Below are positions 40,301 to 48,548 of a DNA stretch of 64,000 bases, piece after piece. The notes beneath the pieces were generated by a model, which saw only the letters and a program-made list of their open reading frames with translations, ran no database searches and was not told the origin of the DNA. How positions within the stretch are numbered: position 1 is the stretch's first letter; each line of letters opens with the position of its first letter. The stretch lies in the NCBI RefSeq assembly GCF_037042905.1, contig NC_087249.1, forward strand, positions 7,442,001 to 7,506,000. Reading direction: 5' to 3'. The position numbers and the translations under genes are program-made. The stretch is from Lytechinus pictus (lineage: Eukaryota).

Positions 40301-43300
40301 CCTTATGTACGCTAAAACCAGTTTAACAAGGCAAAGCGATCTTGAAAACTACATCGCGAGGTGGTTTTCCAACTGGTTACACGTTAAACTAGTTTCCAGT
40401 AAACTAGTTTTAGGGCGGTACTGAGAACGGGGTCATTGACATTTTGTTTTAAATGCATTTAATTGTTGGAACAACACGTAGGGTACATGTACATATACAG
40501 TACACCAACCTAAAGAATCATTTATTGCTTGCATGTGTTTTATGTGTATTTCTGAATCATTATGTTGCATCATGTATGGCTTGTTTGTGTAGCCAACAGT
40601 TGAGGGTTCAGTGTTAATTAACTTTAATTAACATGTAAAGCAATAGTGAAAAATAAACTGGGCAGTTGGGGATATCTAAATGGTGGCTTTAAATGAGCTT
40701 AGTAGAACAAAGTTTCTGTTTCTGGTAACTCCCGTAGGAACTCGGCAGGGCAGCTTTTTGCTGGTAAACGAGCTCTGGTATAATTACCTAGGAAACGTTA
40801 CAGTATGTCTAGGTTAATCAGTCATAGTGGCTGAAGTTATAGACAACAGATATTACTCTTGGGCCTTTTAATTTAAAAGTGGAGACAATGGCAGAATGGG
40901 GATTCGAACTCACAACCTTGTGATTATGAGTCCAATGCTCTAACCACTGGACCACACGACCTGTGTGACAACTACATTAACCTCTGTATGGCCCGAATTC
41001 ACAAAGGTGGTTTTGAAAACCCACGGTTGAGTCCATGGTTTATGCAGATTTCCTGTATAAATCCCGCTTATTTTACCATGTATATTAAAAAATGTTGAAT
41101 GCTGATGCACGCTTTTGTCACAGTCCGACAAATTGGTGCCTGTTGCCGTGGTTATCCACGCTATTTTATTCATGAACCCACTGTTTTGAACTAATGAGTC
41201 CACTCTTCAAACAGTGAACTCATGAATAAAATAGTGTATCTACACTGTAACCCTGGTAACAGGCGTTAATTTGGCGCACTGTGACAAAAGAGCGCATCAG
41301 CATTGGAAATTTTTTTTATACACACGCCCGATACGCATAAAATTAAGCGTAATTTATACAGGTAATCTGCATAAACCATGGATTCAAAACCACCTTTGTG
41401 AATTCGGGCCTACATGGTGTTTCATAGAGCAGTTTAGAGCTGCGTGTAATCATTATGCAGTACCTTCATGTAACAAATGACTGGAATAGAAGGTGCAAAA
41501 GAAAGTGATTCATGTTTTTCATATTTTGACAATTTGCAAAATTGAAATTCAAATCAAATTCACAAGAAAGTGTATGATGTAATTTGTGCTAAAATGTGTG
41601 ATGACAGTGAAACAATAAAATAGTTTTTATATGCCATAATCCAGTTAATTTGAATAACGTCAGTTTACAAATTTCTTTATGAAACAACAATATGAGAGGT
41701 CCATTTCATAAAACTTGTTACATGATAAATTTACAAAAACAGTTGAAAGCTACTGATATCCTTTAATCTGATTGGCTGATCAATAGGTATGTAAATTTTT
41801 CATCGAGTCTTTATGAAATAGACCCTGATTTGGTTATGGAAAAAAAACTGTTATCTGTGATGCTATTTTTATTTATAGAATGCTATTGCCTATTTACTGT
41901 TTTAATAATTTGGTGGAGGCTATTTTAAACCCACAAGCATGTAATACATGTAGTTCAAATAAGTGTTAACCTTTAAAACAACCTAACACCCAGGACTGAT
42001 CAACTAACCAGAGAAGAAGTCTGGGATTTATCCCGCATGGACCCCAAGTCCCCCGTCTATCGCACCTTGAGTGGCCTGCTCAAAGAAAGACACAAGAGAC
42101 GTATGTCATTTGAGTTTCGCCAAAAGACAGAAAATCCCATCTTGTTAAACTTTAATTCATAAAAGCATGCGTAGATGATGAATGCAGTTTGCATTGTGAT
42201 AGAAATGTAGTTTATGCATACATGTAGAGTTTGCGGTGTAGCAGCATGCCTTTTTCCTGAGCCTCTATACAGTACCGAAGTGATGACGTCACAAAAACTT
42301 TTTTTTAGCATTTCGGCGTTTTTGATACCATATTTTGGTAGAGCATTATGGAAAACCCCCACTACCAAAAGTTGGTGAGAATCAGTCCATGGGGGCCTTA
42401 CATGTAGATATGACCTCATGAATACATAATTTTAGCCCCATAGAAGTCAGTGTATTATTGGCCTGGTTCTAAATGTTGGGAATGGGGTCAATAATATATT
42501 GACTTTAATGGGGCTAACTATGTATTCATGAGGTCATGGACCGATTCCCACCAAGTTTGGGTTGTAGGGGTTCTTCATCATGCTCGATCTATCACAATAT
42601 GGTATAAAAAAAGGTGATATGCAAAAAGTGGATGACGTCACACTTCGGTACTCTAGTATACAATTGTACATGTATACAGAACTTTTTTCTGAACTCGTTC
42701 TTTTTTAACATTTATACAATGTATGGCAGTATAATAATGATAATCCGGTTTTATATAGTGCTTAATACGTCGGAACGATGTGTCTAAGCGCTTTACAGAT
42801 ATATTTTTACCCCGGTCATCGGATTCAATCAGTCATTCCCGCGCACACTCCCCAGGGAGTGGAGGATCTGCTGTCCATTGTTATTGTTGATTAACATTTC
42901 ACCGTTCTCTTATACATTACATGTAAGATACATTGAATAAAGTAGTTTTCAGAGACAAAAATATATAGGCCTACATATCCTTGAATGTACATGTATCCTG
43001 GTCCACATTTTTGGTACACCAAGTAAAATTTGAAAGGGTCAGGCCCAAATAGGGTGTAGTCTGCAGTAATTTAGTGTTGCTTTAAGTTCAGCATGATTCG
43101 CGGACCACAGAATGACTGAAATGGGGCGATGCAAAATGTGGGTCAATTTTGAAGAATATTATAAAAGAGCCATTTAAGAGCTTTTGCATTTCATTTCTTT
43201 CTACAGTCCTTTTGAAATACAACACAATACAATACACAAATCAATTAATACTTCCTTTAAAACACGTGTATGCACATTACATGGGCAAGGATTAATTATC

Positions 43301-46300
43301 TTCTTTTTTATTTGTGTCTCAATATTTACTTACTGATTCTGGTAATTATTTATGAGACGCCCTTCAAAATATTTTGCTTTAAAAAAAATTCTGCCCATTT
43401 CCTTTTGGAGGGTTATTTTCTGTAATACTCTCTTCTTCAGAGAAAGAAACAATAAGTATCTCTTTTATCTTGAGATGTACTGCAGCTCACAGCTACTACT
43501 CCTACAAAAAAAATTGTGCCATTCACTAACAATTGTAATTATATTGATAATATAATAATAATAAAAATAAATTGGTACTTACATAATGCATAATCAATTA
43601 GAATTGCTCTATGCGCTTTATACAAATTGCTCTCCAATGTTACAATTTTACTACTGCAAAAATAAGTATGTTTTCAAATGTCTGTTAAACGATTCAACAG
43701 AAGTACATGATCGAAGGTGAATTGGTAAACTATTCCATAATTTCAGTAAAGCCATTTAATCTCCGTGGTTAAGCCTTAATGAAAAGGTGCATTGTTTTGC
43801 TAAGCCAATGAAGAGGTCACGTAGAAAATGAAGTGGAATAATCGTCTTAAGTTGAAGCAATCTTTTGTTCAAGATTATACAAAGCAGGTATTATTCAATT
43901 CAATTCAAGTTTATTTTTCTCTCTGCATAAAATGAACATATGATAAAATACAAGAAGAACAAAGTGTACATAACACTAAAAACATATCAGTTTACAAGAA
44001 AGAAAAAAAACATTGAGAGGGAAACAGCCAAGAAGGAGAGAATTTCCTTATAATACGACCAACCCAAATTACTTTAAAAAGAAATTATTGACAATATCAA
44101 AAGTAACAAAATATATAAAACCATTTAAAAAACATTACAAAGACATAGAGACACAAGTGATGTGATTTAGTTGATATAAAAAAAAGATATTTACAAACAG
44201 GTTTAATTATCATTTATGAAATTTCTAAAGTTATGTTTGAAAATATTAAATGAACAAGATGTTTTCAAATTAACCGGCAAGGACTTCCAAAGTACTGGGC
44301 CACGAAAGAAAATAGATTTATGAGAAAGGCAAGTTCTCATTTTAGAAAAGTGAAAGTTTGCAGCATTTCTTGTAGGGTATTCATGTCTTTCATGAATATT
44401 ACAATATAATTTAAAACAGTTCAATAAAAAGGGTGGTGAAATTCTTTAGAACATGATACATAAAAAGTCCCATTTCATATATGTACATATCGTAAATGTT
44501 AAAGAGTTTAAGAGATTGAAAAATAGGATAAGAATGGGCAGTAGAAATACATATTGATATCATAAATGTTATCTTTCTCTTTCCTCATTTTACTATTATG
44601 AAAGCAATCCTTTAAATCGTTTAGTTAAAAGCTATGTCTGTCACTTTTTACGTCCTCTATAGTGCGTCCCAAAAAAAACTATACACTTTTGAAATGGCTG
44701 CCAAATAAAAAATGTAGCACTTTGGGGGAAAAGACTTATAGATATGGAAAGCCAATAAAGTCAACTTTCAAATGACACCAAAAATTCTGAAAACTATTCA
44801 TGCTTGAGCAAGCACTGCCCACTGAAACAAAGGGTATGAAAATTAGGGTGGGCCGGAATTAACCTTCCAATTTCTTTCAGGTTTTTTTTGTTTGATACTT
44901 GCAAAGTTGAGGGTTATTTGGTGGATTAAAGATCAGTTGTGATCAGTTTGTTGTTTGTGAAAATTTAATGCGTTATTAAATTGAAATTTAATGCATGATT
45001 GATCATGAATTGCAATTTTTAGTGCAGCATTTTGTCTTTATCATGTGGATCTCAACAATGTGTTCATGACAGTCAGGAGAAGAGGGGGTAATATGACTTA
45101 GGTAGGTGGAGTATGTTGATGGGATAAAGGTCAACAGAACATTTAGCAACCTCTCTCTCCATCTTAACCCCCCCCCCCCTTCTCTCCTCCTGAGAGACTA
45201 AGCTCGACTAGGCTGGGCAGGAATTAGCCTTACAGTTTTTTTTAGTGGTTAGTCCTTTGGAACTTGCTAAGCTAAATTAATGAGTGAGATAAGTTTTGGT
45301 TTCTTAGGCAAATTTCATGAGTTCCTAAATTGAAATTGAATGCATGAGTGAACAGGAATTGTAATTTTAGTGTAGCATATTCATCTTGTGGACCTCAGAA
45401 GTGTGTTCGTGAGAGTCAGAGTACCTGTTACAAGCAAGAGGGTGAGATATGCTAAGACTTGGTTAAAAGGGCATTCCTCTTCTTTTTGTCCTTTTACAAA
45501 TTAAAAGTCATATGTACCCTCCCCTCTCCACCTCCATTTCCCAGCCCCCCCCCCTCTCTCTCTCTGTCTCACTTCCTGGATTGTAGCCTATTTAAAACTT
45601 AACTGCCAAGTGACCGGTGGCTGATGGTCATTTTTTTTTTATTGAATGATTACCAAGGATTTTAATGATTATGATGATTAATGAAATAATTTATTGAAAA
45701 AACTGAATGTTTTATTGATCACATTGCACATTGAATGAGTTGATTTACTGATAAATTGTTGATTAAATGATTGATAGGAAAAAGTTGATGCCCCAATTCA
45801 GAATTAATCATTAAATCAACATTCTGCTCTGGACTTCACACATATATGACAATAGCCATCAGTCTTACAACAGGAGGGGAGGGCGGGAAAGGGGGAGGGG
45901 GCTGAATGTTCTGTTGACCCTTATTCCATCAACCTACTTCTCCCACTTAAGTCCTATCTCACCCCCTATTCTCCCGACTCCCATGAACACATTGCTGAGA
46001 TCCACATGATAAAGTTGAAATGCTGCCCAAAAAGAGAGCCAAATGATAAAGGTGAAATGCTGCCCAAAAAGTGTAATATGTATTCACTCGTGCATTAAAG
46101 TTCAATTTAATGATTAATAAAATTTGCTTAAGCAACCAAAACTGGTCACAGTTGATCATTTATTTCATTTACAACGCCCTTAACTTTGCAAGTTCGAAAG
46201 GATTTGCCTCTCAAAAACTGACATAAATTGGAAGGCTAATTCCAACCCACCCTAATTTTCATACCCTTTGTTTCAGTGGGCAGTGCTCGCTCAAGCATGA

Positions 46301-48548
46301 ATACTTTTCCAACTTTTTGGTGTCATTTGAAAGTTGACTTTATTGGCTTTCCATGTATGTAAGTCTTTTTCCCCAAAGTGCTACATTTTTTATTTGGCAG
46401 CGATTTCAAAAGTGTATAGTTTTTTTTTGGACGCACTGTATAACAACCTATCGGGAATGTCCTCTCTTCTTTCTCTAACTTTCCTAAATTAACAAAATTA
46501 TAAAAAATGTGTTCCATTATAGCGCATAAAAATCATCTCACTTTCCAAAATTAACAATTCTAATAATGAGTTTGTGTAAAGTAGTATATGCTAACAATTT
46601 GGTAGATTCACAAGAAGGTGCGCCATCTATCGATTGCAGCGAACAGGCCAAAATTATAACTTTGGGGTTGATATAGCGTGCAGGTGCAGGCAGCGCACAG
46701 TGCTAGTGCTTCAAAGATGAAAACAATATGACAAGAATTCACCAAAAACGGTCTAAATTTCGCAAAGAAATATGCGGGCAAATTTCTCTCTTACCTCCTG
46801 GACCCTAGTAAACAACATATCCAGTTGAGCCTCGTCGGCCAGTGCTGAATAATCGCATGCATGCATTCACTTTTGTACTAGCACAGGCAACAGATTCAAC
46901 TTTTTCCCATGTTGCTTTGCGAATTTTGGTCTGTCCGCTGCAACTGATAGATAGCGCACTGTATTATGAATCATGGGTCTCGTAATAGTACTGGTACCAC
47001 TTTGGTAACTTTGCCATCCATTGGTCTCTTCCGTGGGATCCTTGATTTTGATTGACTGTTGATTACTGTTGCCATGGTAGTTGTAATCAGATGATGCAGT
47101 AATTAACCTGCAACCTTGGCCCAAGTCCTGGGCCCCGTTGCATAAAAGTTAGTATTATGGTAACTTTGCCATCCAGTGGTATCTTTCACGGAATCCTTGA
47201 TTTTGATTGACTGTTAAGCATTGATACTACGGTAGTTACCATTGGATGGCAAATTTACCATAATAGTAACTTTTATGCAACGGGGCCCGGGAGATCTAAT
47301 CATTTTCATATTGATGATAAGCAAATGTAGAAGAAACGAGGCGACTTTATTGAGATGTGTTTGGTCTATTGGCAGTGCAGATGACTTTTAAGGGTATAAT
47401 TGTAATGGTGTTATTTTTTAATTGTTATTTTCAGGTCAACAAAATCGCAAAGAATAAGAGGAGCTTCCAACACACTTAGGCTAAAGGTATGATATTACAT
47501 TATTTTTATGAACTCTTTGCACGCTGAATTAATTCTGGGAGGATAATAATGACAATTGTTTCCATGTTATTTTCTTTAATTCAAAATTTCCATACTGCAC
47601 CATTGATACTTATGATTATTATATAGATGTTTAATAACCAAGAACTGTTACCTTTTATTAGCTTCTCTAATTTGAAGGTAGGGAAGAAAACTAATTATTA
47701 CGATTTTTTAAAATGTAATTGTACAAATGTGCAAGATTGCAACATCAGCGCGCAAAGGGACATGGAAACTACAGATTGTTGGAAAGATAAATACAATTGT
47801 GAGATTTCAAGTTCTTTTCCTTATATTTAGAGAGAAGTTTTCAGTACTGCCTGGGACTCCATAAATGCATTCACATTCAATCAAAGTATATCACCCAAAT
47901 TAGCTGAATTTTTTTTGGCAGAACATTTGTGACTAGTCCCATTCATGTATATGTGCAGGGCAGGTGGCTCTCACAATACTTTAATTTCTTATTGTTTGGC
48001 GATTCCCAATTCCTGCAAACAGGATAAATGCACATTATTTCTTTGGTGCATTAAATTCAATATTTTCCAATCACTTTGAGGCAGTTTCTATCATGATTTG
48101 ATTTCATGACCAAAACTGAAGTTTATTTTAACCCTCCATATATTTGAACTTCACCATAAAATTTTTACAAGACACTAGAACATTCTGAGTGAAATTACAG
48201 TCCAAATGCATGCTCCCAATACAGTCTAGTAATATATTTCTTGTGCAGTGTTCCATAATGGTTATAGATTATAGTGGCGGCTCTAGCAGGTTGAACACAA
48301 TATTTCAGAAGTCATATTTTTTTGCACAAGAGTCAGACTCTCAAAGCTATCCTGTCTAATCCAGCTAAATCTTTGTTTGATTAGATTTAGTGTGACATGA
48401 ATTCTGATATATGATTAATGCAGTTCCATTCTTGTTGACAAAATTATTGATCATCTCTTTCTCTCTGTTTTCCCACTTATCTCTTCATGTTTCATATACT
48501 CCACAGCAACTAGAGCTTAGAGAAACCCACGCAGTTGTTTTGAGTTGA
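13122..48548 (+). CDS. TTLL6: Tubulin polyglutamylase TTLL6/TTLL13-like, 18 coding exons, about 935 aa
   Basis: join(13122..13351,13960..14000,14763..14881,17456..17586,18142..18298,20001..20144,20697..20782,21959..22184,22913..23094,24374..24562,26241..26436,27427..27624,31976..32098,33340..33748,35643..35783,36896..37037,47435..47486,48507..48548) = 2808 nt, all GT-AG with consistent phases; TTL-domain motifs NHFPGM.EICRK, KPESGCQGKGI, KFDFRIYV, HLTNY.INK, FEILGFDIMLD, EVNHSPSF. Confidence 0.92.
13960..14000 (+). CDS. TTLL6: TTLL6/13 exon (IIGINLSSCKYES)
   Basis: aacag acceptor, G|gtgagc donor; matches the TTLL6 INLSSC.YESV motif. Confidence 0.9.
14763..14881 (+). CDS. TTLL6: TTLL6/13 exon (VRRMSKKFGMKEVGEDEDWTLYWTD...MEMKKYQ)
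   Basis: cttacag acceptor, CAA|gtaagt donor; WTLYWTD motif. Confidence 0.93.
16442..17248. mobile_element. Non-autonomous hAT (Ac-like TAGGG termini)
   Basis: TAGGGCT...AGCCCTA ends, exact 8-bp TSD CTTATTTC, subterminal CGATAA repeats. Confidence 0.88.
17456..17586 (+). CDS. TTLL6: TTLL6/13 exon (KVNHFPGMTEICRKDLLARN...FPRTWVLPA)
   Basis: aacag acceptor, GA|gtaagt donor; TTL domain. Confidence 0.95.
18142..18298 (+). CDS. TTLL6: TTLL6/13 exon (YGDY...YICKPESGCQGKGIF...QQYLSK)
   Basis: ttatag acceptor, AAG|gtaata donor; ATP-grasp motif. Confidence 0.95.
18477..19492. mobile_element. Non-autonomous piggyBac-like element with nested MITE 18811-19083
   Basis: TTAA|CCCTATCTAGG...CCTAGATAGGG|TTAA; nested gggccccgtcttacaaag...ctttgtaagacggggccc. 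Confidence 0.85.
20001..20144 (+). CDS. TTLL6: TTLL6/13 exon (PFLIDGYKFDFRIYV...GLVRFAT)
   Basis: ggcag acceptor, GTT|gtgagt donor. Confidence 0.95.
20697..20782 (+). CDS. TTLL6: TTLL6/13 exon (DDVCMHLTNYAINKH...)
   Basis: atacag acceptor, AG|gtcagt donor; HLTNY motif. Confidence 0.95.
21959..22184 (+). CDS. TTLL6: TTLL6/13 exon (KITTVDQW...CFEILGFDIMLDKKLKPWLIE)
   Basis: caccag acceptor, GAG|gtgggt donor. Confidence 0.95.
22334..22715. mobile_element. Two tandem copies of a ~190-bp palindromic MITE
   Basis: ggtgtttcataaa.ctgt.cgtaa...acgaacag.ttta inverted ends repeated twice. Confidence 0.7.
22913..23094 (+). CDS. TTLL6: TTLL6/13 exon (VNHSPSFHTDAKLDKEVK...KERLL)
   Basis: ttctag acceptor, AG|gtacgt donor; end of TTL domain and cationic microtubule-binding region. 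Confidence 0.94.
23740..24315. mobile_element. Kolobok-like MITE (TTAA TSD, AGG termini)
   Basis: ttaa|aggacaagtccacc...ggtggacttgacgt|ttaa; long imperfect inverted arms. Confidence 0.82.
24374..24562 (+). CDS. TTLL6: TTLL6/13 exon (KEEY...YEENHIGGFTRIYP...ETAASKARGECA)
   Basis: ttacag acceptor, AG|gtgaga donor; conserved GGF.RIYP and TAASKAR motifs. Confidence 0.93.
25258..25534. mobile_element. MITE, same family as 18811-19083
   Basis: ggggcccttcttacaaag...ctttgaaagacgaggccc with shared internal sequence. Confidence 0.7.
26241..26436 (+). CDS. TTLL6: TTLL6/13 exon (QQREEIRAKQEKLEMM...)
   Basis: cctag acceptor, GAT|gtaaga donor, phase consistent. Confidence 0.88.
27170..27350 (+). mobile_element. 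Degenerate tRNA-derived SINE (Meta-domain-like body)
   Basis: ggctcggttggt A-box-like, agttcaaacccc B-box, body ccaaaagac...aagatggaagttgctgcc. Confidence 0.55.
27427..27624 (+). CDS. TTLL6: TTLL6/13 exon (...IVEEEELERISALLQRDNLVRGLGVVEHVYRLL...)
   Basis: tcacag acceptor after a pyrimidine tract, AAC|gtaagt donor; EEELER..LLQR motif resembles TTLL6/13 C-termini. Confidence 0.9.
28915..29021. mobile_element. Short hAT-type MITE (TSD GATATTTC)
   Basis: caggcgcagatcta...tagatccgccactg with exact 8-bp TSD. Confidence 0.75.
29895..30015 (-). mobile_element. SINE 3' fragment
   Basis: Homologous to 52010-52110 (gtgctcaa.g...tcct...cc.ggctaagcta). Confidence 0.6.
30080..31537 (+). CDS. TTLL6: Candidate alternative terminal exon of TTLL6/13 (about 485 aa, Ser/Asn/Lys-rich, likely disordered)
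   Basis: 464-aa ORF 30143..31537 stays open upstream to 30068; aagcag|GAA acceptor (exon start 30080) is phase 0 like the 27624 donor; AATAAA at 31753 then a T-rich tract. Confidence 0.6.
   Translation, partial: EYHRLALASSAPYCNSVLERRMNSYLHLDNPPYHKLLNQPSNHNRRSNSKSNNTEPTTRPSLRSDRRTPASYISEVFSYNMHNHSYYPTEMHVSKIETVSDPTLSGQGANRARSQDPRSLASGSDLSRRVTEGGRLKDGSKESGGKDKQQNNNSSHQSLSEMHCVYRMDRASQRPNSMSRPRLSDGRARVVWDEDKNPKDAMNGVLTVEALQQWVPDTRQRGGTRELMTPILSLQFLNVCQKKIAARHAKKPELEDQQTSSSSGLVQKKTSAIPLLSLSNPATKKNQNNNRSGLSMEDCPHLPDVSSKTSLSSLKSVSGTDLLVESLSDIASAGNDSEGISLQEEVSKRPADLEQKLGMNRGLPDVTSRNSLESSLHLSEDATAEVDVGEKEHGVHRILEKVTSVRKPTKVIYKWENSLSTTGLKEDPGACRIQAQRLARRVVPKEQISSKNDDTEVENKGSCSEFLFSVDSSMFDYICNVKTNK
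31976..32098 (+). CDS. TTLL6: TTLL6/13 exon (YSASSRNFSSQG...VQPFSEK)
   Basis: Long pyrimidine tract plus tgtag acceptor, AAG|gtgatg donor, symmetric phase 0-0. Confidence 0.65.
32285..32485. mobile_element. hAT-type MITE (TSD TTGAGTGA)
   Basis: cagtggcgta...taatgcctctg with exact 8-bp TSD. Confidence 0.72.
33340..33748 (+). CDS. TTLL6: TTLL6/13 exon (TQTVNHNVQMAKTQ...QRRET)
   Basis: GC-rich ORF 33349+; ctgcag acceptor (alternative acceptor ending 33317 possible), G|gtaggc donor. Confidence 0.78.
33773..34366. mobile_element. Kolobok-like MITE
   Basis: ttaa|aggggaatcca...tggattcccct|ttaa; begins 25 nt after the 33748 exon end. Confidence 0.82.
34375..34532. mobile_element. ~160-bp hairpin MITE (family copy also at 47128-47290)
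   Basis: ggggcctgttgcataaaagtta...aacttttatgctacggggc. Confidence 0.7.
35035..35182. mobile_element. ~150-bp near-perfect hairpin MITE
   Basis: ggggcccgttgcagaaagagttgcaatcaatcgcaactc...gagttgcgattgattgcaactctttctgcaacgggtccc. Confidence 0.78.
35643..35783 (+). CDS. TTLL6: TTLL6/13 exon (TVQVRLNTRGGGGSN...NTSS)
   Basis: tttgacag acceptor, G|gtgaat donor, phase 1-1, open frame. Confidence 0.75.
36250..36410 (-). mobile_element. SINE 3' half
   Basis: Nearly identical to 63320-63475. Confidence 0.7.
36896..37037 (+). CDS. TTLL6: TTLL6/13 exon (AMINLSVVSGPAPVVQRPDL...SHPL)
   Basis: cattcag acceptor, AG|gtaggc donor. Confidence 0.8.
39250..39308 (+). repeat. (GAT)n microsatellite
   Basis: Direct reading. 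Confidence 0.9.
39683..40015 (+). repeat. Diverged tandem duplication (~190-bp period)
   Basis: aagtgttctt.aaggct.ag.g..ggcaattttgaaaatagta starts at ~39683 and ~39873. Confidence 0.7.
40052..40434. mobile_element. MITE with ~45-bp imperfect TIRs
   Basis: gacagcgttctca...tttactggaaac / gtttccagtaaa...tgagaacggggtc, ATT on both flanks. Confidence 0.65.
40709..40961 (-). mobile_element. tRNA-derived SINE
   Basis: Head GGTCGTGTGGTCCAGTGGTTAGAGC...GAGTTCGAATCCC has A and B boxes but no paired acceptor stem; unique body and (GAAACA)-like tail. Confidence 0.75.
40990..41410. mobile_element. Harbinger-like foldback MITE
   Basis: TIR GGCCCGAATTCACAAAGGTGGTTTTGAA; whole element roughly palindromic. 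Confidence 0.8.
42271..42653. mobile_element. Foldback element with TGACGTCA in both ends
   Basis: agtaccgaagtgatgacgtca...tgacgtcacacttcggtact. Confidence 0.65.
43550..43742 (-). mobile_element. 3' fragment of an L2-type LINE
   Basis: Minus frame LWNSLPIHLRSCTSVESFNRHLKTYLF followed by aagcgcatagag and an (ATT)n tail. Confidence 0.65.
43895..44570 (-). mobile_element. 3' fragment of a CR1/Crack-type LINE
   Basis: HEYPTRNA...SIFFRGPVLWKSLP..LK..S.NIFK is typical of LINE ORF2 ends; (TTGAA)n tail. Confidence 0.75.
44660..46438. mobile_element. Non-autonomous Tc1/mariner-type element with long TIRs
   Basis: TA|(t)AGTGCGTCC...GGACGCACTG|TA; more than 200 bp of highly similar inverted arms; no transposase ORF. 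Confidence 0.85.
47128..47290. mobile_element. Hairpin MITE (family of 34375)
   Basis: gggccccgttgcataaaagtta...taacttttatgcaacggggccc. Confidence 0.75.
47435..47486 (+). CDS. TTLL6: TTLL6/13 exon (STKSQRIRGASNTLRLK)
   Basis: ttttcag acceptor, AAG|gtatga donor, phase 2-0 fits neighbours across a 10.4-kb intron. Confidence 0.75.
48507..48548 (+). CDS. TTLL6: TTLL6/13 last coding exon (QLELRETHAVVLS*)
   Basis: Long pyrimidine tract plus ccacag acceptor, TGA at 48546-48548. Confidence 0.72.
   Translation, partial: QLELRETHAVVLS

Noticed and set aside
40888..40961. tRNA-Met(CAT)-like gene on the minus strand
   Set aside because: Acceptor stem does not pair and the sequence continues into a SINE body and tail; treated as a SINE head
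47060..47085. RFX X-box-like GTTGCCATGGTA motif in a ciliary gene
   Set aside because: Resembles the internal sequence of the adjacent hairpin MITE family and lies far from the promoter
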